Below, in pieces: positions 1-14,869 of a DNA stretch of 64,000 nucleotides. This DNA comes from Carcharhinus amblyrhynchos (Eukaryota), in assembly GCA_965287045.1 (NCBI GenBank), contig OZ336883.1, forward strand, positions 69,812,001 to 69,876,000, read 5' to 3'. Position 1 is the first letter of the stretch. Each line of letters starts with the position of its first letter. Position numbers and translations under genes: made by a program. The notes below the pieces were generated by a model. The model was not told where the DNA came from. It saw only the letters and a list, made by a program, of their open reading frames with translations, and made no database searches.

Positions 1-429
1 AAAAGCAGGTGTGAGAAATGAGGCTTACACACTGCAGCAGTTCCAGAAGGTTGCTCATCAGCTTTTCAAGGACAATTAGGGGTGGGTAATAAATGCTGGC
101 CTTGTCACTCACATCCCATGGACAAATCAAAGGAATTTTGCACATGTGGATTACACTCCACTGACAGCAGAACATTACACCATTTACTTTATAGACATAA
201 TTTGAGAGTCATGAAACTGAAATAAATTCAATAATGCACTCTTTCTTCAGCACTTTTGAATATTTAAAGTTCCAGTTTTGTATGTTAGGAACGCAATAAT
301 CATTGGTTAAGACAATGTCAAACCACTTTACCCAATAAGCTGTTAAAATATGGAGCTCATTAGTACACTGTATATTTGAATATAATACCTTAAACAGGAA
401 GTTGGATCAACATGTGGGAGAAAACACTA

Positions 430-1255
430 TGTTGGTGAAGTTAGTTTTTTTCATTACTTCTGCTAGAAGTCCTTTTATTGCTACTTCAATTGCTTAAATA
501 GGGTTTTGTTTATTTTTACTATGGGCCTCAGGAACTTTCTGGGATTGTTTTATGACCCTGCATTTTTCGGAGGAAGACTGGTTGGCTGATCATGTATTTT
601 GGGCAGTTTTTCTTCCTAGCGAATTTAAGGTTTCAATTTCTGTTTAGCTGCCGGTTGCAGTTTTAGTTTAGAAGGGAGTGAACATCAGATTGAAAGCAGT
701 GTTTCTCTCTCTCCCTGGTATTGGAAGTTCTGCTAGTTAGCTGAAAGCAAGGCTTCTTGCCATCCTGGAGTGGAAAATCTGCTGTTGGTGACTGGTTTGC
801 TTAGAGTGTCTCTCTCTTCCATGTGTTCTGGGAAACTGTTCTGACTGCAAACTGTTCTGGGTGTATCTAGAAGTTACAGGGCTGAGAAGTAAGGTTTCAA
901 TTCTCCAACCAAAGGACTAAATTCCAGCATCATGTGAGCATTTATATTTTATCTATTAAATCTGTGGTAAAGGTTTTGTTTGTGGAATTTTGTTTAGTTG
1001 GAATGATGTTTAGCTGTTATAGTTGATAGTATATCATGATTGTTCTTTTTTTTTGTAATTAGTAAAAGGTATTGTTAAGTTTCTTTCTATACATGTTAAC
1101 TGTACTCTTAAATAAACTTGTTTGATAAAAGTTCCCTGCTAAGTCATTTGAATCATATCTAAAGTGAAATATCTCTTGCTCCCCCTAGCCAAATTCAAAG
1201 TGCAAAATTTATGATCCTGGCAGACATTTTGGAATTTCTGACCTGAATTATAACA
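430..1255 (+). mobile_element. Probable solo LTR
   Basis: 3' ~150 bp resembles 59581-59736 and ends …ttataaca, with an internal AATAAA. Left boundary and TSD are uncertain. Confidence 0.5.
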
Positions 1256-2190
1256 ATACAACTGACTTACATTAAGGGGCTAAAGGTACAGTTCCTAAAT
1301 TTGCTATTGACACAAAGTTAGGTAGGAAAGTAACTTGTGAAGACGTAGCAGGGTTAGAAAGGAACATAATCAGTTACGAGAGATAGCAAAGATCTGGCAA
1401 ATGGAGTACAATGTGGGGCAATGGGAAATTCTCAATTTTGGCAGAAAGAATAAAAAATAAGCTTAACTAAATGGTGAGAAATTGCAGACTCTGATGCGAA
1501 GAAGTTTCTGGGCAGTCTAATGCATGAATCTGAATCAGACTACATAGCTACAGCAAGTAATTAGGAACACTAATAGAATGTTAGTTTTATTGAGAGGGGA
1601 ATGGGTTACAAAATTAGGGAGATTATGCTTTAGTTATACAGGGCATTGGTGAGCCCACATCTGGAATACTGTGTACAATATTGGTCTTCCTTATTTAAGG
1701 AAAGATATGTGTTAGGGGCAGTTCGGAGAAGGTTTACTGGACTAAAACCAGGAATACGCTAGTGGTCTTATGAGGAAAGGTTAGACAGTTTAGGTTTGTA
1801 TCCACTAGAGGTTAGAAGAGCAAGAGGTAAGTTGATTGAAACCTTTAGGGTCCAGAGAGGCTGTGGCAGTGTGGATGTGAGAAAATGCTTCTTCTTGTGG
1901 GACAATTTAGAACCAGACGTCATTGTTTAAAAAAGGGTTGCTTATTTAAGGCAGAGATGAGGTTTTTTTTTTCTTAGAGGATCGAGTGTCTTTGGAACTC
2001 TCTTCCTCAAAAGGCAGTAAAAAGTATTCTTTAAATATTTTTAAGGGAGAGCTAGATAGATTCTTAATTAGCAAGGGAGTGAAAGGTCATCGGGGTAGTC
2101 AGGAATGTGTGGTTGAGGTTACAATCACATCAGTCACGATCTACTTGAATGGTAGAGCAGGCTCAAGGGGCCTGCTCCTAATTAATATGT
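1256..2190 (+). mobile_element. Degraded CR1 LINE
   Basis: Remnants of KFA(D)[20 protein letters not shown] and the 3' UTR motif ggctcaaggggcc. Confidence 0.8.
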
Positions 2191-3877
2191 ATTTTCACGA
2201 GTTTTTTAATATTTTATTCGCATTTTCTTTCTGATTCCCAGCATCTTGCATCATTACATGTGCCCCTGGATTACAAACAGGTGTAGCCCAGAGCCTGATG
2301 AAGAAAGAAACCTTGAGTCATCTTTCCATTTGAAGTTTCCCACCCGTCATCTGCAGGTTAGATGGAAGCTCAGAGCAGGTTTCTTCCATTGGATAAAGCA
2401 CCTCTACTTATCAGGAAAAGGCTGATGGAGCAATTTAAGCTTGACAGTTCAATCAAGTTCATTAAATATCTGCGTCAGAGCTAATGAGTCATGGAGCCAA
2501 AGAGGTTTACAGCTTGGAAACAGGCCCTTTGGCCTAACTTATCCATGCCACCCCTTTTTTAACCACTAAGCAAGTCTGCATTTGGCCCATATCCCTCTAT
2601 ACTCATTCTACCTATGGAACTGTCCAAATGCTTTTTAAAAGACAAAATTGGCATCAAGAAGTTCAAGTTCAGAGTCTCAACTTGTAAGAAAATGGCCACC
2701 ATACTGGTTTACAGTATTTCAATACATAAATCTTGATATTGAAGTTATGAAAAAAGTCAGAAGTAAATAGAAGTTTTAAACATGAAATTTTGAGAAACCA
2801 TCCTGTACGGAAGGTATATCACTGCACAGATGGTTCTGGTAACAATGAAGCTTCACTATCAATTCTGTTTATTGGTGCCATCAGTGCTCACTGTAATGTT
2901 CAGCTTTGAGAGGTGTGCAGCAGGTGGCTGTGAATTAAGTATAATATTTCTACTTGTATTGCTTTAAAATGGCAGGCAGGTGCAGAGGGCTTATAATGAA
3001 CTATATTAATCTTATTCTGCTGTCAGTAAGGATGAGTACATGCCCTAAATAACAAATAACAAGTATATGAATAGCTCTTGGGCTAATTCTTGCACTAGTG
3101 ACTGTAAACACATCATTTAATATCCTGCGTTTTCTTTGTTAGCAAAACTAAAACAAAGTTCTAATTTTAAATGAACACTTTTTTTTCAAGCTTATGTTTT
3201 TAAAAACATTTTTACAAATGCTTCACTCTTTACACTCAAACATTCAGTGGTTTGGAACATTGTTAATGACATGATTCAGTTTGAGGTACGTATACAAGGT
3301 TAGTTGGCATCCATCATGCCTTCTCTCATTCCCAAAGCAAAATAAGACTGTCCACTTGCAGAAAACATCCCATCCAGCTGTCTTGCTGACAAGTGACCAG
3401 ACCCAGATAATAGTTGACAGAATATAGTGCTCATATTGCAAAAACCATTAAAGTACAAAAAGTTCTTCATGTATTAAGTCATACGCCTTGCACAGAACCA
3501 CTACATTGTCAAAAAATACAGTGCCAACTGCACGGAGGAAAAAAAAATAAGATTGTATTAACAAACATGTTTTGCAGACATTCAATGGAACGCATACCTC
3601 TACCATGCTTTTAACTAAATTACACAGTTTTTCTTGAATATTTTCCCTACGTAGTTGATCCTTCGCAACTACAACGTTCAAAAAGATCTTTTTATTAAGA
3701 ATTTCCACCTCACTGGAGAGAGCATTTATGGTCAAACAGGCTAACAGGGGCAAAAATATTACCTCTGCCTACTTCAGTGACAGGGTTCAAGATACATTTT
3801 CAAGAATTACAAGTGATCCATTTCCAGCTTTCCAACATGGCTGCCTGGTGGGTTCTTGAAAGCAGCTCCCTACTTGG

Positions 3878-5169
3878 GCACAGGGACATAGATCAGTAAC
3901 AGCATCTGTTGGCTTGCTTGGTTGCTTGCTTCAAAATTATCTGCCTGTCCTATGACCTTGATGGCTGAGGACAACAAAAACAACATCAACCCCAACATCC
4001 CTTCTAAACCAACCAAACCCCAGCCACTTTTGCCACTTGTTCAGTACAGCTCGGCTAATATCGTGGAATTCCATCTCACACCATCCTGGGGCCACCAACC
4101 CCATAGGAACCCTGCACTCTTGTTGAGCTACAAGGAGTTTTCCTCAGCAATCTCGACTTAATGACTGCAATTCATAGGAGGGAACAATCTACAGTGCTCT
4201 TGATTATCTCCTGCAGTCATATGAAGGGAGATAAGAGAGGCCTCATCTCTCCTCAATGAAACATCGTGCTTCACAGACCAATGAAAAAAATGACAGGTTT
4301 GTGATTTTTTTTATAGTATAAATGCCAATGAGCAATCTTAATCCTGTGCAGAAATGTAGTCATTTCTAGAAGTAAAATAGAGCATAGGAACTGGAGTTCC
4401 CATTTAGTCCCTCGAGCATTTTTCACTATTCAACAAGATCATTCATGGCTGGGCAGCAATCTAACCTCATACTTTCCCCCGCTCCTTAGTACCTTTCATT
4501 ATCAAAAATCTAACAATCTCAGATTTAAAATTAACTGATCTTGCCTTTTGCAAAAGAGTTCAAAACTTCTATCTCCCCACGCATACATGTTTCCTAATTT
4601 CAGTCCTGCTCTAACTTGTAGACTATCTCCTTTAGTCCTGACTACCCATCAATAAAAATAGTTTTTCTCTATTTAGCCCATTTTTTCCCCTTAATGTATT
4701 GAAAACTCCAATAAAAAACCCTACCACTCAGTCAATTTCCCAACTAGGGAAATTCAAATCATTTGCTATAGCTATTTCAATATTATTCCTATTAACTCAT
4801 TCACAGCACAGGGACATAGAACAGTAACATCTGTTGGGTTGCTTACTTCAAAATTAACTGCCTGTCCCATGACCTTGATGGCTGAGGACAACAACAGCAC
4901 CATCAACCCCCAACTTCTCTTCTAAACCAACCAAATCCCAGCTTGGATACATGCCGCCACTTCTTCAGTTTGGCAAAGAACATAAGAAATAGGAGCAGGA
5001 GTAGGCCACCTAGCCCTTCGAGCCTGCCCCGCCATTCAATAAGAACATAGCTGATCTGTCGTGGCTCAGTTCCACATTCCCGCCCTCTCCCCATAACCCT
5101 TAATCCCCTCGCTTATCAAAAACCCATCATGGAGTTCCATCTCACACCATCATGGGGCCACCAACACCA
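3878..5169. repeat. Local direct duplication of ~225 bp (3878-4103 and 4806-5169)
   Basis: Shared gcacagggacataga…atgaccttgatggctgaggacaacaa…ttccatctcacaccatc.tggggccaccaac; the second copy is interrupted by a CR1 tail. Confidence 0.9.
4977..5129 (-). mobile_element. Young CR1 LINE 3' end (~150 bp)
   Basis: Almost identical to 32277-32428 (aacataagaaataggagcaggagtaggcc…cttatcaaaaacccatca). Confidence 0.9.
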
Positions 5170-7214
5170 CAATGACATCAATGGTTCAGGAAATGAAGTT
5201 CACCACAAGTATGCCTTTGCCACTGTCACCCACGTCCTGAGACCAAACCGTTTTCCTTTCCTAAAATAACCTTCAACAAAAAGTTAGAACAAAAATCAAC
5301 ACCAAGGAATAGAAGGTCCTCTCATTATTTCCCTACCCGTGTTTACCTCGTCTCAAATATGAGGGTTTTAAAGCTCTACACTGGGGGCATGTGTAATGGC
5401 TGATTCCTGATCAGTGGATTGTTTTTTCCTTCTACAACAAACAGAGCAGTTTTTTTTTGTTGTCTCCTACTCCAGACTGAAAACAAGCTGAAGCTCAAGT
5501 CAGCTTTGTAGACAGGAAGAATGAAACTTAAAGGAGCTTTGTGAACTGTTCATGTGCTGCTGGCGAGTCATATTTGAATATCCCATCGCCATGATTGAAA
5601 GAGGAAGTCCAGTATTGAGTAATAACAGTAGGGAAACAGGAAACAGACATTGGGACAGAATGTATCCAAACTTAAGTGATGCAATCAAAGCTGGTAAAAG
5701 GATAATAAAAGTATGCCTATCAAGCCTCCAGTCACTGTTTTTAACATTTACAGCTCTATTTCTTCAATTCCAAATTCCAAGCAATTACCTTCTCCCATTT
5801 AAGAACCTCAATTGATTTTGTATCGTTGGCCATCTTAGGCTGATATATTTCCACATTCCCGTAACAGTCTGGGAAGAATTTGTTTCTGAATTCTCTAATA
5901 CTGTTGCAACATCTCTATGATACTATGAAATACACTGTACTCAAGGCTTTTGATTCATATTCCCTTCTTGTCCTCAACATTTTTGTTTTAAGTCTTTTGT
6001 TGCTTTTGATAATCTTCTCAGTCTCAGTTGCCAATTCTCTTCACCCTTACATGAGCCTCTTCATTTCTTCATTTTGGTTTATACTGGTGCGAGCCATCTT
6101 TGTAAGCCATCATTGCACAATCCCAAAAGCATCCCTTTTGCCATTCAGGGTACACTGCTTTGTAATCTTCCTAAATGGATGCCAATATTTCCAAAAATCT
6201 ATCCAACCCCACTGCAGTGAGTTTCTTTTTGATTCATTCAAAGATTGTTACCTTCACATCTAAAACCTTGGTTTCAATTATCTTTTTGTCATCACTATTC
6301 CCATGATGTTCCCTTTCTACTAGATTTTAACTATATCTGTTGCATTCCTCATAATTAAATTGCATATCTTCTATTCCCTCCTGGCTTTAGGACATTATAC
6401 TTCAAGAAACTGCAGTAAATGCATTCAAAAATCTATTTCCTTTATTGTTTATGATAATTCTCTCACGATTTACACCCAAGTTAAAAACTCCCATTTTTAC
6501 TATATTGACCTCTCGCATCCTGGTCTGCATATACAAACATCCCCATTAAATCATCACATCCAGTTAGTCTATAATTTTTTAAAAACATTTTCTGATGTAT
6601 ACTGTCAATTCTTGGGTACACAAATTTAAATCTTCCTTTCCGCTGTTATTGATGCTAAAATTGCACTATTACTCCACCTTCTTTCCTACTTTCCTTATTT
6701 CTGCGCAAAGAACGTACATCATGGTATATTTAGCTTCTAGTCTTGCTCACGTTGCAGCTGCACTTTGGTGTGCAAAACAGACAGTGTCAACCTTTAATAC
6801 AAGTGCAGGGGAAAATTTGGGGACAAGAGCCAACAGAAACCTATTTGCAAACACAAAAGCAAATACTACAGATGCTGGAAATCAGAGATAAAAACTCAGC
6901 AAACGTGGAGAGAGAAACAAAAGCTGTTCAGATGAATGACCTCTCTCATGTTAGATGCCATTATACCTGCCAGTGTAGTGATGTGGCTTATATTTAGACA
7001 CCAGCACAAACAAAAGTGTGATAAAAAATAAGTTACTCAGGGTGTTATATCCATTCTAAACAACATGACAGGTTTTACTTAATGAACTTACAAACTATTT
7101 TGGTTTCTTGCATTTAACTGTTCACAACTGACATGAAATTCATTTCTATAGCTAGATGTAATTATTATATTGATATACATCAGCAAACTGATGAATAAAT
7201 ACTTCATGTAAGGC

Positions 7215-7866
7215 TCAAATGGAGGACATGCCCCTGTCTACATCAATGGAGGTGAAGTGGAAATAGACGAGAACATCAAGTTTCCAGTTGTTCAGATCAC
7301 CAACAACCTGCCTTTGTCCCTCCATGCCAACATTAAAGAAAGCCCACCAACGCCTCCACTTTCTCAGCAGGCTAAGGAAATTTAGCATGTCCACTCTCAC
7401 CAATTTTCCTTTCCAGATGTATCACAGCTTAGTATGGCTCCTGCTCTGTCCAAGACCGCAAGAAACTACTAAGGATTGTGACTGTAACCTAGTTCATTAC
7501 CACCTTCCGCTAGGTCTGTCTACATGCTGCCTCCAAAAAGCAGTCAGCATAATCAAGGACCCATACATCCTGGGCACGCTCTCTTCCACCTTCTTCCGCC
7601 AGGAAAAAGATAAAAAAATCTGAGATCACATACCAACCAACTCAAGAATAGCTTCTTCCCTGCTGCCACCAGAATTTGAATGGACCTACCTTATATTAAG
7701 GTGATCTTTCTCTACACTTGCTATGACTGTAACACTACATTTTGCACTCTCTCCTTTCCTTCTTTCTTATGTACTCTGTGAATGGTATGCTTTGTCTGTA
7801 TTGTGCACAAGAAACAATACTTCTCACTGTATCCAAATACATGTGACAATAATAAATCAAATCAAA
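7215..7866 (+). mobile_element. Rex1/Babar-type LINE 3' fragment
   Basis: KKAHQRLHFLSRLRKF and IIKDP…LKNSFFPAA motifs; tail aataataaatcaaatcaaat. Confidence 0.8.
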
Positions 7867-10369
7867 TTATATGAAGGAAAGTAAAAAGCACTAAGGTGCT
7901 TTGACACATAGAACATTATCCCAAAGAACATTAATTTCACTGGCTGGCAACGTTGAGTGTAAATACCTCATTTACTTTTTTAACATTAGTTACAGTTCTG
8001 TGATAATTACAAACTCAGCTATGAATAACTGCAAACCTGATCACTCTACCCAATAAAATGAATGGCCTTCAACTACTGCATCACGTGACTATTTAACCTT
8101 GAAAGTAACGATAACTATGTTACAATTAAGATTTTTTCAAAACACCCTAGAAACACAATTAAAACAAATGTGAAACCTCAATTTACTGCCATGATATGAA
8201 GTTTTTTTTTGTTCAAAGCCACAGACAAAATCTTAGTGTTAAGAAATACTTCAGTCACAGATGAAAATCAACATGTAATTCCACTATCATTATCTAATAC
8301 CATAGTTTCCTTTGTTGGAAGCCTGAGACATACCAAGAGGTCATGTTTTTCTCAGCAGTATTAGCTGACAAAGCTCAGCTTCCAACAGAAGTAAATTTCA
8401 GAGAGCCCTTGGACTGATAAATATAACTGTTCAAAGCGCAAAGAACATTCCTCCTAAAATTGGAAATTATTTAGGAACATTTTTTGGGTAGGACTAAAAG
8501 AATCAAGTGCAAATATGTTAGAATTACTTCATGTACAAGTGATGAAATTAATTTCAATGCCATGTGTGTAATTCCTTAACACATTTGTAGCCAAATAAAA
8601 GAAACCCACCAAATATTTTTCCATGAACAATAATGCGCTTTGTAAATTATCCCAACTCCCTGACTGCATAATTCTATGCACCACATTGGAGAGTTACTTA
8701 TCGTCCACATCGCATTCTTTGCATTACTTACAACCATTTTAAGGCTCACTTCACATCATTTGTTTTGGAGCAGGTTTAATTACTAGAATTCAAGTATTAG
8801 CAAGTACTGCATTACTGGGCTGAAGAACTCAATTGCCAATGGCTAAACAAGTCTAATATCATGAAGTAATCAAGAAGACAGTGATGCCAGTTGCCTGCTT
8901 TTGTACTGAAAATTCAAAAATGAGGGCTGGATAGCTAAAACTGGTTAATTAGCCAGTTCAAGATGCAAGATAATAGTGTAAAAAACAATACTGTGTATAA
9001 TTATTTTTAGCATTGAACAGTCTATTCAATTTTTTTTCAAAGCCTCTTCAAATAATGTACATTTGCAAACATTTTGAATTGTCCTTCATACTTAACACTG
9101 GATGCGGCTGTCTGACTTGGTCATTGTTATTCCTCTTCTGGTACATTGTGGCATTTTGAGCCACAGGGGTGTGGAGAGGGAACTTGCCAAAAAACAAGAA
9201 TGTTTCTTTTCAAATTTTCTAAATGCAATCATATTATATGCCCCAATTACTGTTTTATGAAATTGATAACAATTGCTCTATTCTTTAAATGAAAGCAAAT
9301 AACACAGGAAATCAAAGAAATCCGCTTTTGCTAACTTGCAGTCATAAAAATTACTGGCCTGGATTCATCTTTCGTAATCAGCATCGCTCACTACTCTTCT
9401 GAAACTGACAGCAATTGTTCTGATGGAAGGCCACAGACTTGAAGTATTTTTCTGTTTCTCTCTCCACAGATGGTATCACCATACTTCTAGTATCTTCTGA
9501 GATTACGAAAATCCAGAAAATATTGTCAGTGGTTTTAAGTTTGATGTTTTTTTCATCTTTCAGAGGCTGGGTATTGAGCAACAACTGTAACATTACACCA
9601 AGGTGGTCAGACCAGGAAAGGCAGCGTGTATCACAGTGATACTACCTTCATATTTATGAGTTGGACATAGAGTCGATGTGTTCCATGGTCTGTTCTGGCT
9701 GACTAAAGCTGCACACAGGAGAGTTTTAATTTTCCCTTTGTGCATCAGGTATCCTTACCTACCACAGATTCTGTGGACGTGGTTTATGAATGCCCAGGAG
9801 CTCATGGGAGATTGAAACCAGGGTCTTTCTGTGTTGGGTCTTTCAGAGCATATTTGTTCCTAACTCCTTGCCAGGGCTTCTTCAGGGTTGAAGTCACATT
9901 GCCCAAAGTTTGTGTGTGGGTCAAAAAGGGCTTATGTGACTTCAAGCTGGGATGAGGGACATTAGTGAAGTCCTGATGCATAGGGAGGCATTTGTTTTCC
10001 ATGATTCACTGATCTTCATAGACGGTTGCAGTGATGCAGCAGATCAGTGACTTGGTGGTGGGGGGATGGGCCTATGTACCAGCACAGGTAGCCATTAGTT
10101 TGATTGTAAAATAGTTGAAAAAGTGAGATGCAACTGCATTTTTAAAATGCATAATTTCAACTGAAAAATCTTTCTGACCCTGGAAAACTAATTTTGCATT
10201 TATGGGATGTCAATTTTTTCCATTATGATAAATAAATTAAAATTCTTCTCCCTTAATCCCATGTGTCTGTTCCAATCATATATTTCATTTTCTGTAAAAT
10301 ATTAAAATGGGAGGGTATCTTTACTCCCTGATTTGCTGTCTGTCAAAACATTTCTATCTCTTTGGCTTG

Positions 10370-10610
10370 ATGGCGGCATAATGATTAGCACTGCGGCCTT
10401 TCAGCGCCAGGGCCCAAGGTTGAATTCCTGCCTCAGGTCAATGTCTGTGTGGAGTTTGCACGCTCTCTCCATGTGTGCATGGATTTCCTCTGGGTGCTCC
10501 AGTTTTTCCCACAGTCCAAAAGACATGCTGGTTAGGTCCATTGGCCATGCTAAATTCTCCCTCAGTGTACCCGAACAGGCATCAGAGTGTGGCACTAATA
10601 AATAAACTTT
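10370..10610 (+). mobile_element. V-SINE with alternative 3' tail
   Basis: Same head and V-domain, but continues aaattctccctcagtgtacccgaacagg…aataaataaacttt. Confidence 0.8.
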
Positions 10611-12134
10611 AATGTAGAACAATAGCCCATGGACATTTCACATAGACATAGGGAAAAATATGGACTCCGAGTCAGAAAGAAAAGTTAAAAGCCTGGTCAG
10701 AGAAGATCTTCTGAGGATGGTCTTAAACTTGGGGAAAGAGAAGGAAATGCAGAGGTTGAGGGGAACATTCTAGTGTACACATTCTCAGTGGCTAAAGGCA
10801 TGGGTGGTAAAGGGGGACCAAAGGGAAAGAGGCTGCACAGATGGTTGGAGTTAGAGAAATGCAGAGTTTGGAGCAGATCTTACAACTGGAAGGCAAACAG
10901 CTGTGGAGAGAGAACAAAATCTTGAACAGATTCAAATAGAAGAATGAAAAATTTAACTCTGGTGTTGAAAGCTTGGCAGTCAATATAGTTCAGCAAGAAT
11001 GCAGTGATGTCTTAAGCAAAATAGGATGCAGGGAAAAGAGATTTGATTGAACTGAAATTAACATTTAATCAAAAATATTCAGAGTCTTCATTTCTACTTC
11101 CCATTTTAACAATCAACACACAAAAAAATCAAAATACATTTTCATATACCATCTAAATGAGTGTTGGGATCACATGCCTTACATTGTTTTTGTTTGCAAT
11201 TTTTTTATTTACTAAACAAAAATATAATTTGCTACACTTGTTGGATAACATGAGAAGTCAGGTCTGGAGGTGACAAAGATGTGGATGATGGTCAGAGTAA
11301 CAGGTAAGCAACAAAACCTGTTATAAATACACGATCAATCACCATGTTTTCTCCTTGCAGATCAGCACAACCTTGATCTCTCTCACTCCACAGTATAGAA
11401 TTCTCTCTTACTCAATGCCTTTCCACACACTGATGGGCAATGAAATTCAACCACTTAGCCTAACATGGTCCCTTTCTTACAGTAGATAGATACACACATA
11501 AGGCTGCCCAACTGTTGCAGCTAACTTGATAAATAGCTGTCATTTTCAGATTCTTTCCAAAGAACAAGCATTTTACCATCTCCATATGTGAAATTCTTCC
11601 AAGAACGAAATGAAGATCTTCACAGTAACTTCAGTACAGTGTTAATGTAAGCCTACTTGTGACATTAACAAATAAACTTTTAAACTAAGATACCGCATGA
11701 TCTACTTTCTTTATAAAAATGTGAAACTTTCTTTCCTTCAGGCAACCATCTATTTATAAAGAGAATTCTAATTGCTTCCAGCAATCTAGGGAATATCAAA
11801 TTGAGTAGATAGCTGGGAATAATTACAAGGCACCAATCTTAACACAAGGTGCAGTGATAGTTGACCTACTTATACTCAGCATCTGAACAACAAGATAATA
11901 TTGCAAGTTCAGGATTGCTCCTGTATTAAAAGCTGGTGCACTGTGGGGTTTGTGGGAATAGTTATTTTGTTCATTAAATTGTGCCAAAGCCTGGTTTGGG
12001 GAGAGAAAAGATCTTGCTCTAAGCTCAAGCTATCAACCTGACTAAAATTTATTTCCTTTGATGTAGGAGGTAAACTTACCTAAATATCTGTTTAGTTAAG
12101 CTTTCCTAGGACCCAGGTGATTCACAATATGCAT

Positions 12135-13090
12135 TAATTATTTAGATGAGGGAGCTAAATGCAAGATCTCCAGCTTTGATGATGACACAAACCTGGGTGG
12201 GAGGACGAGCTGAGAGAAGGATAAAGAGAGGCTTCAATGTGATTTGGGCAAGCTAAGTGGGTGGGGAAATGCATAGCAACTACAGTATTATGTGGATAAA
12301 TATGAGGTTATACAGTGTGGTAGCAAAAACAGTAAGAAAGGTTATCTGAACAGTCATAAATTAGGAGGAGGGAATGTGCAACGATACCTGGATTTCCTGG
12401 TACACCAGTCACTGAACGTAAGCATGCAGCAGACGATAAAGAAACAGATGGTATGTTGGCCATCAGAGCGAGAGGATTCAAATACAGGAGAGGATGTCTT
12501 GCTGTAATTATACAGAATCTTGTTGAGGCCACATTTGGAATATTGTGCGCAGCTCTGGTCTCTTTGTCTGAAGAAGGATGTACTTGCTATAGAGGATGTG
12601 CAAAGAAAGTTTACCAAACTATTTTGTGGGATGGTGGGACTGACATACAAGGAGTGATTGAGGCAGTTAGGATTATATTCACTGGAGTTTAGAAGTGTGA
12701 GGCGGAATTCATCAAAACCTATAAAATTCTAACAGTACTAGACAGTGTAGATGGAGGAAGGACATTCCTGATCATGGGGGTGTCCAGAACTAGCAGTCAT
12801 AGTCTAAGGATATGGGGTAAACCTTTTAGGACAGAGATCAGGAGAAATTTCTTCACCCAGAAAGTGGCAAGCCTGTGGAATTTGCTGGAACAGAAAGCAG
12901 TTGAGGCCAAAACATTGTTGGTTTTCAAAAAGGAATTAGAAATAGCTTTTCAGGCAAAGTGGTTCAAATGGTAAGGGGTTGGGGAGAGACAGGATCAGGC
13001 TATCGCGTTGGCTAATCAGCCATGATCATAATGAATGTGCAGCAGGCTCAATAGCCTACTCCTGTTCCTATTTTCTGTGTATATTTCTAT
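12135..13090 (+). mobile_element. Degraded CR1 LINE (RT to 3' end)
   Basis: Frameshifted DDTNLGG, LVRPHLEYCAQLWS and RRNFFTQKVASLWN motifs, followed by a CR1 tail. Confidence 0.85.
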
Positions 13091-14869
13091 GTAACAATGG
13101 AGCCATCAAATACTTAGTTCCCAAAAAACCCAAGAGTCTGGGTACTAATTTTCCTCATGGCTTATAATAAATATTTTTGTTCTCTTAGCTCTCCACTTCA
13201 TTCAGTCAAAGGATATGCAACAGCTTGAACACCTCCTGCAATCAGAATCATGTCTCCAGCCTAACTTGAAACTATTGTTTTAAGTATTTATCAGCTGTCT
13301 ACAGAAAGCCTGATGAAGGAGCCAAGATGTATTCAAAGAAAACATACAGTCACTTAAAATTAATACTATGTTATTTCTGAACTTTGTTAACAATTATTAA
13401 AATCCAACATTGGAAAATATTTTGAGCTTAGTTAAAAATCTGAACTTAAAAAGAGAATAGGTTAGATAAGTTGAGCAGCAGCTGTGAGAAGAGCAACAAA
13501 AACAGAATATGGTGTATATAAAGCAGGGATTCCCAAACTGCCTCCTCTTCCAGAGCAAAAATGGTAACTTGGGATAGGAGAATGCCTAATCTGGAGACTC
13601 AGTCAGGGTAACAGATTGATACCACAAAATAGCAAGGGACAGGCATTGAGCCTAAAGCACCTTTTAACATAAGAAACCACTTTTATAGACAAGCTCAAGT
13701 GGGCCTAGGATCTTTGTGCACCAACTTGGTGCAAGTAGAGGCCCACAAGCCCCAACTCACAAGCATAACTTCAGCCATGTCAAACAAAACACTACCATTC
13801 TAAAGGGGTACTTTTACCCCAATGGCCCGCAGTATAAACACTAGCCTTCTGTTGCCTTCTTGGTTATTCACGGTTTCTCTTGAGCCCACTTTTATTGCCA
13901 GGGCATCTCTTGAACAGTCTTTGCTTGGAGTCTGCTACCTGCAGTCCTTTGCCGGCTTTTTCAATTTAACTGGGACTTCTTCCTGCCCCTACCCTCTATC
14001 TCATTTAGGACCTCTCGCTGTCTTTTCTCCTTTTGGGTACTCTCCCTGTCCCTCACCTGGGACACTTGTTTTTAATGGTGTTTTGAAGATCAGTCACATA
14101 ATCTGGGTTTTGGTGCTGTTTCCCATTTCTGCACAAGCATACTAGGCCCATCCTCGTCCCAGAAGACATGCACTGCTGAACTGTGCATCTATGTAACCTG
14201 TTCCTAAACCACACATGCGTGGAAATTAAGACATCCATTGGGACGTAAGAGTTCCTGAAGTCCCACTCTCCAACAAGTTAACCTCCTGCCAACCATGCAA
14301 AATATAACCGAAGCAGGCCATCACCCTGTTTTCCTTTGTTTTTTCTCCCCCCATTGCCCCACCTACTCCTCCTCTTCTGCTACATGGGGGCAGCCCTCCA
14401 TTTACCACCCCACACAAGAAACAACTAACATGAATAATATATAATTTTTAAGAAGAAAAAGGCCCAAGAGGCAAGAAGACAATGAGCCACAAGATAAGGG
14501 CAAGGCATCACAGGGAGCAATAAGGGTTGGACATGAGCCGAAATAAAAGTGGCAGAGCACGAAGAAAAGGGGACATGCCCTCCCTCTGTCCAACTCCAAA
14601 AATCTCCAGCAAGTGTGGCTTTCATAATAATCCAGATTTGGATATTTAAAGGAGGACAATGTCCACTGGGCAGATAAGGGTGAAATGCCCTCCCAACATT
14701 ATGAAACTGATTTGAAAAAATAAGATCTTTCTTTTACTTTAGAAGAGTTCTTCAACATTTGATAGATTGTATCAAAATAAATAGATTGTGTCCACTTGTT
14801 ACAATTAGCTGGACTGATCAATCCCTTGTGTCCAGATCTGCTCATGTAAGCATGAAAAGGGATTAAATC

